Source: Leptospira biflexa | Lineage (GTDB): Bacteria; Spirochaetota; Spirochaetia; Treponematales; Rectinemataceae | Length of the DNA stretch: 64,000 nt | Assembly: GCA_020721875.1 (NCBI GenBank) | Contig: DYLX01000001.1 | Location: 41,995-105,994, forward strand | Reading direction: 5' to 3' | Shown here: in pieces, positions 1-8,575 of the stretch | How positions within the stretch are numbered: the stretch's first letter is position 1 | Layout: each line of letters starts with the position of its first letter | Program-made: the position numbers and the translations under genes | The notes under the pieces: generated by a model | Database searches by the model: none | Told to the model about the DNA's origin: nothing | What the model saw: the letters and a program-made list of their open reading frames with translations, nothing else

Positions 1-57
1 AGAGGCAGCTCAGCGCCATCTTAAATTTGTGTACGCATATTTCTGAACTTTTACCTC

Positions 58-86
58 TTGACAGAATTTTTATATTTCGGCATTGT
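58..86 (+). promoter_or_regulatory. putative sigma70-type promoter of the tRNA cluster
   Basis: TTGACA (58-63), 17-nt spacer, CATTGT (81-86). Transcription would start roughly 12 nt before tRNA-His. The -10 element is weak. Confidence 0.35.
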
Positions 87-104
87 AAACGTCACCGATT
101 GCAC

Positions 105-178
105 GGTGGGTGTAGCTCAGGTGGTAGAGTGCCAGACTGTGGATCTGGTTGTCGTGGGTTCGATCCCCATCACCCACC
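105..178 (+). tRNA. tRNA-His (anticodon GTG)
   Basis: Hand-folded cloverleaf. Acceptor GTGGGTG/CACCCAC, with the His-specific extra G(-1) at 105 opposite discriminator C178. Anticodon loop CTGTGGA, T-loop TTCGATC. Confidence 0.9.
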
Positions 179-220
179 CGAGCCCGACACTGTAATACGG
201 TTTCGGGTATGAGCCCTGAG

Positions 221-294
221 GCGTTCGTAGCTCAGCTGGATAGAGCGACGGACTTCGAATCCGTAGGCCGCAGGTTCGAGTCCTGCCGGACGCA
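221..294 (+). tRNA. tRNA-Arg (anticodon TCG)
   Basis: Cloverleaf with acceptor GCGTTCG/CGGACGC (one G-T pair), anticodon stem ACGGA/TCCGT, loop CTTCGAA, T-loop TTCGAGT. Confidence 0.9.
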
Positions 295-309
295 GTTGGT
301 AAAAAATAT

Positions 310-382
310 GGGCCGCTAGCTCAGCTGGCAGAGCAGCAGACTCTTAATCTGCGGGTCGAAGGTTCGAAACCTTCGCGGCTCA
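310..382 (+). tRNA. tRNA-Lys (anticodon CTT)
   Basis: Cloverleaf with acceptor GGGCCGC/GCGGCTC, anticodon stem GCAGA/TCTGC, loop CTCTTAA, T-loop TTCGAAA. Confidence 0.9.
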
Positions 383-412
383 TTACCGTTTGAGGCCTGA
401 TTTAGGCGGGTC

Positions 413-441
413 TTGACGAGAAGGCGCTGTTTCGCTAGGAT
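413..441 (+). promoter_or_regulatory. putative internal sigma70-type promoter ahead of tRNA-Leu
   Basis: TTGACG (413-418), exact 17-nt spacer, TAGGAT (436-441), about 20 nt upstream of tRNA-Leu. Same architecture as the promoters before tRNA-Arg(CCG) and tRNA-Glu. Confidence 0.45.
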
Positions 442-461
442 GCGGCTCGCAACTACACATT

Positions 462-542
462 GCGAGAGTGGTGGAACGGCAGACACGCCAGACTTAGGAT
501 CTGGTGCCTTTCGGCGTAAGGGTTCAAGTCCCTTCTCTCGCA
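462..542 (+). tRNA. tRNA-Leu (anticodon TAG), long variable arm
   Basis: Acceptor GCGAGAG/CTCTCGC, anticodon stem CCAGA/TCTGG, loop CTTAGGA, 13-nt variable arm TGCCTTTCGGCGT, T-loop TTCAAGT. Confidence 0.9.
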
Positions 543-614
543 GGTTTCCTGCGGTGACAAGGTTACAGAGCGCTGATAGGAACATCTGCTGCTTCTTGAG
601 CAGCTCCTATGAAT

Positions 615-686
615 GCGGGAATAGCTCAGTGGTAGAGCGCCACCTTGCCAAGGTGGATGTCGCGGGTCCGACTCCCGTTTCCCGCT
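615..686 (+). tRNA. tRNA-Gly (anticodon GCC), atypical T-loop
   Basis: Acceptor GCGGGAA/TTCCCGC, anticodon stem CCACC/GGTGG, loop TTGCCAA. T-arm is GCGGG-TCCGACT-CCCGT, so position 55 reads C rather than T. Confidence 0.85.
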
Positions 687-695
687 CTTACAGCA

Positions 696-732
696 GGCGA
701 TTCGGAATGTGACCGAATCGCCTATTTTTTTT
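696..732 (+). terminator. intrinsic terminator of the tRNA cluster
   Basis: Perfect 10-bp stem GGCGATTCGG/CCGAATCGCC with 7-nt loop, followed by TATTTTTTTT. Confidence 0.85.
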
Positions 733-800
733 AGCACGATGACTCGCAGTATTGCGGGTGTTCATCTTCTACTCCATTGAGAGTAAAGGCAGAGGATCCC

Positions 801-2156
801 ATGGAAATTACCGAAAAAAAATTTGAGACATTAGAGCATTCAAGAGTTCGTATGACCCTTACGGTGCCCGCGCATGAGGTTCGAAACGAGTATGACGCGA
901 TGATGGTTAGTTACACTAAAGAGGCGCGCGTTGATGGATTCAGAAAGGGTCATGTTCCTGCGTCGGTTCTCGAGCTGAAGTTCGGCAAGAGCCTTAAGGC
1001 CGAATCGATGGGCCGCATTATCGAGAAGGCTGTCGAAGAGGGCCTCAAAGCCTCTGAGCGACAGCCTCTCACCTATGAACCGCCTGCTCTTGAGGGCGAG
1101 CCCGCCTTTGAACTCGACAAGGATTTTAGCTTCAGTGTGACATTCGATGCGTATCCAACTTTCGAGCTTCCCTCGCTCGAGGGTATTGAAATTGAAGTTC
1201 CTGCGGTTACTGTCACCGAGAAAGACATTACGCGCGAACTCCAGGATATTCGCCAGCGCAACGCCATCGTCGTTGAGAAAGATGGTCCAGCTCAGAACGG
1301 TGATATTGTGACCGCGAATTTTGTCGAGATCGCCGAGGATGGTAGCGAAATCGCGGGTACCGCGCGTCAGGATTTCTCTTTTGAGCTTGGCAAGAATCTC
1401 AACCTGTACAAATTCGACGATGAGGTTGTGGGAATGAAGGCTGGTGAAGAGAAGGTTATCTCGAAGACCTTCCCTGCGGACTATGAGTACACCGAGTACG
1501 CGGGTAAATCAGCAAAAGTGAAAGTGACTGTTACCAAAGTTAAAAGGCAGGATCTGCCCGAACTCGACGACGAACTCGCACAGGATGTCTCCGAAAAGTA
1601 CAAAACACTCGATGATCTCAAAGCGGCGGTGAGAAATCAGCTTATGGAGGCGCTCGAAATCAAACTCAGACGCGCCAGGGAGAATGCACTCATGGATGAG
1701 CTTCTCAAACGAACCACCGTTTCGATACCACAGTCGATGCTCGCCGCCGAGCTCGCGATGCGCTGGGAGTCCCTTAAGCAGCAGATGGGCGTCGATAGCG
1801 ACGAGCGGCTCCAGACATATCTCACGATTTCCGGAAAAACACGCGAGCAGCTCTTCCAGGATTGGGTACCGCTCGCCGAGAAGGCGCTCTCGAGTAGAAT
1901 TCTCCTCGACAAGTTGATCGAGGCTGGCGCGTACACTTCCACTGACGAGGAAGTCGACGCGGAAATTGCGAAAGAGGCAGCCCACACCACGATGAGCCCC
2001 GCTGAAATCAAAGCAGAATACGAGAAACACAGAACCATCGACTACATCAAAGAAGATATCAAGGCGCGAAAATTCTTCGATTCGGTGCTCGCCTCAGCGA
2101 AGGTAAAAGAAAGCGCCGCAGTCTCCTATTTGGACTTCATGAATAAAAATGAGTAA
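801..2156 (+). CDS. tig: trigger factor
   Basis: ORF 777-2156. Typical trigger-factor architecture and length, directly upstream of clpP-clpX (classic tig-clpP-clpX order). ATG at 801 preferred over the TTG at 777. Confidence 0.9.
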   Translation: MEITEKKFETLEHSRVRMTLTVPAHEVRNEYDAMMVSYTKEARVDGFRKGHVPASVLELKFGKSLKAESMGRIIEKAVEEGLKASERQPLTYEPPALEGEPAFELDKDFSFSVTFDAYPTFELPSLEGIEIEVPAVTVTEKDITRELQDIRQRNAIVVEKDGPAQNGDIVTANFVEIAEDGSEIAGTARQDFSFELGKNLNLYKFDDEVVGMKAGEEKVISKTFPADYEYTEYAGKSAKVKVTVTKVKRQDLPELDDELAQDVSEKYKTLDDLKAAVRNQLMEALEIKLRRARENALMDELLKRTTVSIPQSMLAAELAMRWESLKQQMGVDSDERLQTYLTISGKTREQLFQDWVPLAEKALSSRILLDKLIEAGAYTSTDEEVDAEIAKEAAHTTMSPAEIKAEYEKHRTIDYIKEDIKARKFFDSVLASAKVKESAAVSYLDFMNKNE

Positions 2157-2234
2157 ATTCTAACGAGGGCTTCGTGACAAACCGACCGTTACCTCGAGTC
2201 CCTGCGTTCACCCATGAAGCGAAGGAAGATTAAG

Positions 2235-2846
2235 ATGACCGAACATATGAGCAGCCTCGTTCCCATCGTCATTGAACAAACAGGAATCGGAGAACGCTCC
2301 TACGATATTTACTCAAGGCTACTAAAAGATAGAATTGTATTCATCGATGGCGAGATCAACGATCTCACCGCCGACCTCGTGATCGCTCAGTTGCTCTTTC
2401 TTGAGTCGCAGGACCCAGCGCGTGATATCTCGATCTACATCAACAGTCCAGGAGGAATGGTCACCGCCGGCCTTGCAATCTACGACACCATGCAGTATAT
2501 CAAGCCGGAGATTCAAACCATCTGCATTGGCCAGGCATCGAGCATGGCAGCACTGCTCCTCGCATGTGGAAGCCATGGGAAGCGCTCTGCCCTGCCCTCG
2601 TCGAGGATTCTCATTCACCAGCCCTGGGGCGGAGTGTCTGGTCAGGCGAGCGATATTAGCCTACAGGCGAGAGAAATTATTCGTCTTAAGAAGCTGACGA
2701 TCGACTATTTCGCGCAACACTCCGGACAAGCGCTCGAAAAAGTGGCCCAAGACATGGAACGCGATTTCTATATGAGCGCTCAAGAGGCGCTCGAGTACGG
2801 CATTGTCGACACAATTATGGAGCCGCGCACTCATGGCAAAAAATAA
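2235..2846 (+). CDS. clpP: ATP-dependent Clp protease proteolytic subunit
   Basis: [17 protein letters not shown] and [19 protein letters not shown] motifs. Start at 2235 chosen for the AAGGAAG RBS; 2214 is also possible. Confidence 0.95.
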   Translation: MTEHMSSLVPIVIEQTGIGERSYDIYSRLLKDRIVFIDGEINDLTADLVIAQLLFLESQDPARDISIYINSPGGMVTAGLAIYDTMQYIKPEIQTICIGQASSMAALLLACGSHGKRSALPSSRILIHQPWGGVSGQASDISLQAREIIRLKKLTIDYFAQHSGQALEKVAQDMERDFYMSAQEALEYGIVDTIMEPRTHGKK

Positions 2847-4086
2847 ACAGCTTGGCCTAGAGCAAGAAAGCTTTTGTTCATTTTGTGGCAAGAGCTCCGC
2901 GTATGTGCGTAAAATGATCGCCGGTCCCGGAGTCAACATCTGCGATGACTGCGTGAAGATTTGCGCACAGATTCTCGATGAGGAGGAGCAGAGGGTTACC
3001 TCCGAATTCCTAACGGAAGTTCCGAAGCCCAAAGAGATCAAGGAATTCCTCGATAGCTACGTGGTCGGACAGGATTATGCCAAACGCGTACTCTCAGTGG
3101 CTGTCTACAATCACTACAAGCGCCTCGTGCACAAGGTTTCCGCCGCATCTCCCGAGGTGGAAATTGAAAAATCGAATGTGCTCCTCATTGGGCCGACGGG
3201 CTCAGGCAAGACGCTGCTCGCGCAAACCTTGGCGAGAAAGCTCAAGGTGCCCTTCGCGATGGCGGACGCCACAACGCTCACCGAAGCCGGCTATGTCGGC
3301 GAAGATGTCGAAAACATTCTCCTTAAACTGATTCAGAATGCGGGCGGGAATATTCAGGCAGCCGAGCGCGGCATCGTCTACATCGATGAGATCGATAAGA
3401 TATCGCGCAAAAGCGAAAACCCCTCGATCACACGCGATGTTTCAGGAGAAGGTGTGCAGCAGGCACTTCTCAAAATCATTGAGGGTACGGTTGCGAATGT
3501 ACCGCCTCAGGGCGGGCGCAAACACCCCAATCAGGAGTATCTACGCATCGATACGACGAACATTCTCTTCATTTGCGGCGGTGCCTTTGTCGGCCTCGAC
3601 AAGATCATTGAATCGAGAGTCTCCGCCCACTCCATGGGCTTTGGCGCCGATATCAAATCGAAACACGAGAAGAACCTTAGTCAACTCTTCTCCGAGCTGC
3701 AACCCGACGACCTCATCAAATTCGGGCTTATACCTGAATTTGTCGGCCGACTTCCTATAAAGGTAGCCCTTGAAGAACTCACCAAGGAAGACCTTAAACG
3801 AATAATTCTCGAACCGAGAAATGCTTTGTTGAAACAGTACCGAGCATCAATGAAGCTGGACAATGTTGAGCTCGACTTTAATGACGCGGCTGTCGACGCG
3901 ATTGCTGAAAAGGCGATTAGCCAAAAAACAGGTGCACGTGGCTTGCGCGCGATCGTCGAAAAAATTATGATTGATTTGATGTATTCGCTCCCAAGCGATA
4001 GCAATGTCAAAAAAGTTGTGCTGACTCGAGACGCAGTTGAGGGAACCGGCAGCTGCATTATCGAATATCGGCAAAAAACAGCATAA
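2833..4086 (+). CDS. clpX: ATP-dependent Clp protease ATP-binding subunit ClpX
   Basis: N-terminal zinc finger CSFCGK...CDDC, Walker A GPTGSGKT, conserved ClpX body. The ATG at 2833 overlaps the clpP stop. Confidence 0.95.
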   Translation: MAKNKQLGLEQESFCSFCGKSSAYVRKMIAGPGVNICDDCVKICAQILDEEEQRVTSEFLTEVPKPKEIKEFLDSYVVGQDYAKRVLSVAVYNHYKRLVHKVSAASPEVEIEKSNVLLIGPTGSGKTLLAQTLARKLKVPFAMADATTLTEAGYVGEDVENILLKLIQNAGGNIQAAERGIVYIDEIDKISRKSENPSITRDVSGEGVQQALLKIIEGTVANVPPQGGRKHPNQEYLRIDTTNILFICGGAFVGLDKIIESRVSAHSMGFGADIKSKHEKNLSQLFSELQPDDLIKFGLIPEFVGRLPIKVALEELTKEDLKRIILEPRNALLKQYRASMKLDNVELDFNDAAVDAIAEKAISQKTGARGLRAIVEKIMIDLMYSLPSDSNVKKVVLTRDAVEGTGSCIIEYRQKTA

Positions 4087-4094
4087 GCGCAGAA

Positions 4095-4184
4095 ATCAAT
4101 GGGGTGGCCGCCCTTCTCCGTTGGAGAGTGCAGCCTGAGAAAATACCCATAGAACCTGATCCGGGTAATACCGGCGGAGGGAAC
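4095..4184 (+). promoter_or_regulatory. TPP (THI-box) riboswitch
   Basis: GGGGTG...CCTGAGA...ACCC...AACCTGATCCGGGTAATACCGGCGGAGGGA matches the conserved TPP aptamer cores (CUGAGA; ACCUGAUCYGGRUAAURCCRGCG). Its 3' end contains the RBS of the next gene. Confidence 0.85.
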
Positions 4185-4185
4185 G

Positions 4186-5211
4186 ATGATGCGTACAAAG
4201 CAATTCATCGCCATTATTTTTGTGTGTGGGGCGCTCACCATGATGAGCGGCTCAGGGTGGGCACAGGCAAATCAGCCTGCAAGCCCAGAACTTACAGTCT
4301 GGACTTACGATTCCTTCATCTCTGAATGGGGACCAGCCGCGCAGATTGCTGAGTTGTTTACAAAAATCTACGGTATAAAGGTCCATTTCGTATCCAAAGG
4401 CGATGGAGGCGCACTCCTCTCGGCGCTCCTCGAGGCGACTAAAACACCGAACGCCGATGTTGTGATCGGGCTTGACAACAATCAGCTCGAGAAAGCGCTC
4501 TCGAGTGGATTGTTTGCCCCGCTTCAGCTCAAGAATAGCGGCCAGATTCAGAAGAATTTGCTGATCGACCCATCGAATCGGCTCATTCCCTTCGATTATG
4601 GCCAATTCGCCTTTATCTGGGATTCATGGAGTGGTATTGAACCGCCGACCTCGCTTGCAGATCTTACCAACCCAAAATACCGGAAGAAAATAATCATTAT
4701 GGATCCGCGCACCTCGACTCCTGGTCTCGGCTTTCTTGCTTGGACAGAGGCGGTGTACGGAAATGGGTGGAAAGACTATTGGAAGCATCTTGCTCCTTCG
4801 ATTCTCGCAATGACCCCAAGCTGGGACACAGGGTACGGTCTCTTTACGAAAGGCGAGGCACCGCTTGTGCTCAGTTACTCCACGAGCCCCGCCTATCATA
4901 AGGCTTACGAGAATACCGAACGCTATAAATCTCTTCAATTTAAAGAAGGACATCCAGTGCAGATCGAGCTTGCGGGCGTGCTCGCCTCGAGCCGTAACCG
5001 CGAGAGCGCTCAGAAATTTATCGATTTTCTCATATCATCGGAGTGTCAATCGTTCCTGCCTGAAACGCAGTGGATGTTCCCTGTGAATGGCGCAACGAAG
5101 TTGCCGCCTTCGTTCTCCGTAGCTGGCCGATATCCGACCCTTTCGGGCAAAATCCACGACCTCGACCATGATCCTTCCGAGGCGGCCAATCTGCTCGTGG
5201 GCACGCCCTAA
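4186..5211 (+). CDS. thiB: ABC transporter periplasmic substrate-binding protein (thiamine/TPP type)
   Basis: Signal peptide, then a TbpA/FbpA-family solute-binding fold. Thiamine specificity is inferred from the upstream TPP riboswitch. Confidence 0.8.
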   Translation: MMRTKQFIAIIFVCGALTMMSGSGWAQANQPASPELTVWTYDSFISEWGPAAQIAELFTKIYGIKVHFVSKGDGGALLSALLEATKTPNADVVIGLDNNQLEKALSSGLFAPLQLKNSGQIQKNLLIDPSNRLIPFDYGQFAFIWDSWSGIEPPTSLADLTNPKYRKKIIIMDPRTSTPGLGFLAWTEAVYGNGWKDYWKHLAPSILAMTPSWDTGYGLFTKGEAPLVLSYSTSPAYHKAYENTERYKSLQFKEGHPVQIELAGVLASSRNRESAQKFIDFLISSECQSFLPETQWMFPVNGATKLPPSFSVAGRYPTLSGKIHDLDHDPSEAANLLVGTP

Positions 5212-5259
5212 AGCAATGAAATCTCACATTCGCGCTTTTGTGTGGCGTGGGAGTGGGGC

Positions 5260-6963
5260 ATGAGCGCAGGCCACGCAAAGAGGTGGGGAGCCCTGCAAAT
5301 TATTTTCTATGTGGGGCTCCTTTCCATTCTCTTAGTATCGCTCGCGCCCCTTGTTACGTTTGTGAGCGCTTCGATGGGAAGCGGGCGTACCACAGGAGCA
5401 GTTTCCGACGGACGAGGCATCAACACTGTATTTGAAAACCTAAGGGGCTTTTTTGCGGGTATTCCAGGCTCAGTCGTGCTCAAGAGTCTCCGCTTTACGA
5501 TTTTACAATCGGCGGCGAGTACTGCGCTCGCGCTTGCCATCGGCCTACCAGGCGCCTGGCTCTCCGCCCGCTTCGACTTCAGAGGACGTCGCGTCCTGCT
5601 CGCGCTCGCGGCGATACCGTTCTGCTTCCCACCAATCCTTGTGATTTTGGCCTTCATCCTCTATTACGGCAAAGAAGGCATGCTCTCGCAGATATACATG
5701 CTTCTTGGCGGCCGGCCGCATGAATATCATGGTTTGCTCTATAGTTTCTGGGGTATCGTAATGGTGCACGCATTCTACAATTTCCCGATTGCAGTGCACC
5801 AAGTTTCAGCGCACTGGATGCGGATACCTACCTCGCACGCTGAGGCAGCGCGCACGCTCGGCGCGGGCAAATTTAGAGCCTTTTTCGTGGGCGTGTTTCC
5901 ACAGCTTCTCCCGAGTGTGGCTCAGGCGGCAGGACTCATTTTCCTCTACTGCTTCTTCAGCTTTACCACTGTGCTTGTATTCGGCGGCCGCGCGGGCGCG
6001 ACTCTCGAGGTTCAAATCTATCAGGCGCTACGATACCAGTCGGACCTGCCGCTCTCCATGGTGTACGCGGGAATAGAGACCCTCTTCGCGCTTGCCGGCA
6101 TCTATATTCTCACTAGACAAAAAGATGAGAAAGATATTCAGATAACAGACTATGGCAGAATCCGGCGGCGAGATCGTACGAGGGGAGCCGGGAAATTGGC
6201 TGTGCTCGCCTATGAAGTCTTTATTGGGATCTTTTTTCTTGGTCCGCTGGTTGCGATCGTTGTCGAAGCATTTAGGGTTCCGGCCTCGTTTAGTGGTGCA
6301 CGAGTTTTTGGACTGGGCAATTTCTCACGATTACTTGGAGGTTTTCAGGCGCCTTTAATCCCAGCGCTCCTCTCCACCATCAAACTGAGTGGATTTGCCG
6401 CGCTACTCGCCACTTTTTGCGGGGTAGTGGCGAGTTCGAGCATCTATTTTCTCAGAAGGTCCGGCCGGGGGAACTGGCTTACACGAGCGATCGAGATGTC
6501 GCAGTGGCTGCCCCTCGCGGTTTCTCCCGCGATTATGGCTTATGGATGGCTTTTTCTTTCGTCGAACCACACTACCGCATACGCCCTGGTGGCCGCGCAG
6601 GCAGCCATTGCCTGGCCATTCGTGAGCCGATCTCTCCATGCCGCACTGCGGGCGCTGAATCCTAAGGCGCGGGAAGCGGCACGCACGCTCGGCGCGTCTC
6701 CACTGAGGTCTTTCGTGTCGGTCGAACTTAGAACGATCGCGCCCTCGATCGCGGCGGCATCCGCGTTTGCGTTTTCTATTACTGCAGGAGACGCGAATGT
6801 GCCGCTCATGCTGGGAATGAGCGAACATGAAACACTTCCGCTGCTCCTATATAGGCTCACGGCCGCCTATCGCTTCAATGAAGCCTGCGCAGCGGGGCTT
6901 GTTCTTGGTCTCATAACGGGTGTTGTGTTTTTTCTCAAAGAGAAGGTAATCGATGTCGCTTGA
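5260..6963 (+). CDS. thiP: ABC transporter permease, duplicated 2x6-TM (ThiP-like)
   Basis: Long polytopic membrane protein with two BPD-type permease halves. Lies between the binding-protein and ATPase genes. Start is uncertain (5242 or 5260). Confidence 0.8.
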   Translation: MSAGHAKRWGALQIIFYVGLLSILLVSLAPLVTFVSASMGSGRTTGAVSDGRGINTVFENLRGFFAGIPGSVVLKSLRFTILQSAASTALALAIGLPGAWLSARFDFRGRRVLLALAAIPFCFPPILVILAFILYYGKEGMLSQIYMLLGGRPHEYHGLLYSFWGIVMVHAFYNFPIAVHQVSAHWMRIPTSHAEAARTLGAGKFRAFFVGVFPQLLPSVAQAAGLIFLYCFFSFTTVLVFGGRAGATLEVQIYQALRYQSDLPLSMVYAGIETLFALAGIYILTRQKDEKDIQITDYGRIRRRDRTRGAGKLAVLAYEVFIGIFFLGPLVAIVVEAFRVPASFSGARVFGLGNFSRLLGGFQAPLIPALLSTIKLSGFAALLATFCGVVASSSIYFLRRSGRGNWLTRAIEMSQWLPLAVSPAIMAYGWLFLSSNHTTAYALVAAQAAIAWPFVSRSLHAALRALNPKAREAARTLGASPLRSFVSVELRTIAPSIAAASAFAFSITAGDANVPLMLGMSEHETLPLLLYRLTAAYRFNEACAAGLVLGLITGVVFFLKEKVIDVA

Positions 6964-8068
6964 TATAAAGAACCTTGTGGTGAGGAGGGGTGATTTTAAG
7001 CTCCGCGCAGACTTTTCGCTCGAAAGAGGGAAAATATGTGTGCTGCTCGGTCCGTCTGGTTGCGGAAAAACCACACTCCTTCGCGCGATCGCGGGGCTCG
7101 AGCCGATAGAATCGGGAAGCATCGTTCTCAATGATGTTCACATCGAAAACCTTCCTCCTGAACAGCGCAGTCTTGGGTTTGTGTTTCAAGATCTTGCGCT
7201 CTTCGAGCGGATGTCCGTCGGAAAAAATATTGGATACAGTGTAGCGATTGCGCGTATTCCCAAAAATAAACAGCGCGAAATAATCAAAACTCTCGCGCGG
7301 CGATTCCGAATTGAACCGCTCATCGATCGACTTCCCTCCGAGCTCTCGGGAGGAGAGCGCCAGCGTGTCGCCTTGGCACGAGCCTTGGCGCGAGATCCTT
7401 CGCTGATGCTGCTCGACGAGCCTCTCTCGGCCCTCGACGCTCCTCTCCGCAGAGAAATGCGTCGGTTTATGCGCGTCAATCTCACCGAGCCCGATCTCAC
7501 CACGATCCATGTGACCCACGATGTGGAGGAAGCAGTCGATCTCGCCGATGAAATTATCGTCATGCAGGACGGGAAAATCGTGGGGCGAGGCACGATGAGC
7601 ACCTTTACCGCGCACCCTGGCTCAGGATGGCTCGCGCGCTTTATGAACCTGGGACTACTCCTCCCGCTCTGCGACCTTCGAGTCATCGAAAAATCGCCCA
7701 TAATTAAAGTGTCCACTCCAAGCGGCACCACATTCACCATCGATGCTGCGAACGACCATTCCATATCCGCTCCCCTGTCGGCGCGCCGAATATATGTTCC
7801 ATTTTCGGCATTAAGCTTCTCGGACATGGCTGGGCACGGACCCAAAATTCTCGCAAGAATTGTTCGAAACCTCGCACTTGCGTCGAATAAGGGAAAAGTT
7901 GTGTTCGATCTCATAGATATAGAAAATTATTTTTTCGAGATGCCCATAGATAATTTCAAAGATTGGATTCTCTCGCATGCTGAGGGCGACATAATTGAGC
8001 TCACGGCTGATGAGCAATTTTGCCAGCTCATTCCTGAGGATCCCCAGGAATTAACTGGGCGCGTATGA
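6953..8068 (+). CDS. ABC transporter ATP-binding protein with about 140-aa C-terminal extension
   Basis: Walker A GPSGCGKT, signature LSGGERQRV, Walker B LLLDEP. Overlaps the permease stop by 11 nt. Longer than a minimal ThiQ and resembles the PotA/FbpC-type layout. Confidence 0.85.
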   Translation: MSLDIKNLVVRRGDFKLRADFSLERGKICVLLGPSGCGKTTLLRAIAGLEPIESGSIVLNDVHIENLPPEQRSLGFVFQDLALFERMSVGKNIGYSVAIARIPKNKQREIIKTLARRFRIEPLIDRLPSELSGGERQRVALARALARDPSLMLLDEPLSALDAPLRREMRRFMRVNLTEPDLTTIHVTHDVEEAVDLADEIIVMQDGKIVGRGTMSTFTAHPGSGWLARFMNLGLLLPLCDLRVIEKSPIIKVSTPSGTTFTIDAANDHSISAPLSARRIYVPFSALSFSDMAGHGPKILARIVRNLALASNKGKVVFDLIDIENYFFEMPIDNFKDWILSHAEGDIIELTADEQFCQLIPEDPQELTGRV

Positions 8069-8567
8069 GCCGTTCAATCTCAGTAGCACTTTCTTCCGCC
8101 CCCTGCCCAGGCTCCCATCGGTACCGCAGGTGCGCCGAAGCCTCATATAAAGGGCTACGATACTCATAGAGCTCCTTTAATTTCTCCTTCCAGCCCGGCC
8201 CCCGAAGAAGCGGCCTATTAGATCGCTGATCCATGAGCCGGTGCACGAGCTCATGGAGCGGTACATCGAGCCATACCGAAAGAAAGTGCCGCAGCAGGAT
8301 TTCTCTGTTTTTATCGCTGATCACCACTCCACCACCGCAGCAGAGCACAAAATCCTTGTCGCGCGTGGCAAGTTCAGTCAATGCGCGCGATTCATGCTCA
8401 CGAAATTGCGCCTCGCCGTGCATGCGAAAAATGTCGAAAATGGGCATACCAATAGAATTTTCGATATACACATCGAGGTCGATGCACCTGAGGTCCAACC
8501 TCGAGGAGAGCCTTTGCCCTATTTCAGATTTTCCTGAGCCCATCATGCCGACAATCGCGATTTTCAT
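8028..8567 (-). CDS. aroK: shikimate kinase
   Basis: MKIAIVGMMGSGKS P-loop and typical size. ATG at 8567 preferred; GTG at 8579 would overlap the uvrB stop. Confidence 0.85.
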   Translation of the reverse strand: MKIAIVGMMGSGKSEIGQRLSSRLDLRCIDLDVYIENSIGMPIFDIFRMHGEAQFREHESRALTELATRDKDFVLCCGGGVVISDKNREILLRHFLSVWLDVPLHELVHRLMDQRSNRPLLRGPGWKEKLKELYEYRSPLYEASAHLRYRWEPGQGAEESATEIERLIRAQLIPGDPQE

Positions 8568-8575
8568 GCGTGCAC

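Noticed and set aside
543-614. A further tRNA or small RNA in the Leu-Gly spacer
   Set aside because: No cloverleaf can be drawn. There is only a short hairpin (GCTGC-TTCTTGA-GCAGC).
6935-7914. Long antisense ORFs inside well-supported genes (6935-7615, 7186-7914; also 1509-2030, 42772-43449, 47926-48735, 58470-59222, 33759-34217)
   Set aside because: These are shadow frames opposite genes with strong motif support. Their composition is Arg/Ser/Pro-rich and low-complexity, and they lack RBS and homology signals.
8031-8050. Palindrome as a bidirectional intrinsic terminator
   Set aside because: There is no T-tract on either side, and it lies inside both coding regions. Kept only as a curiosity.
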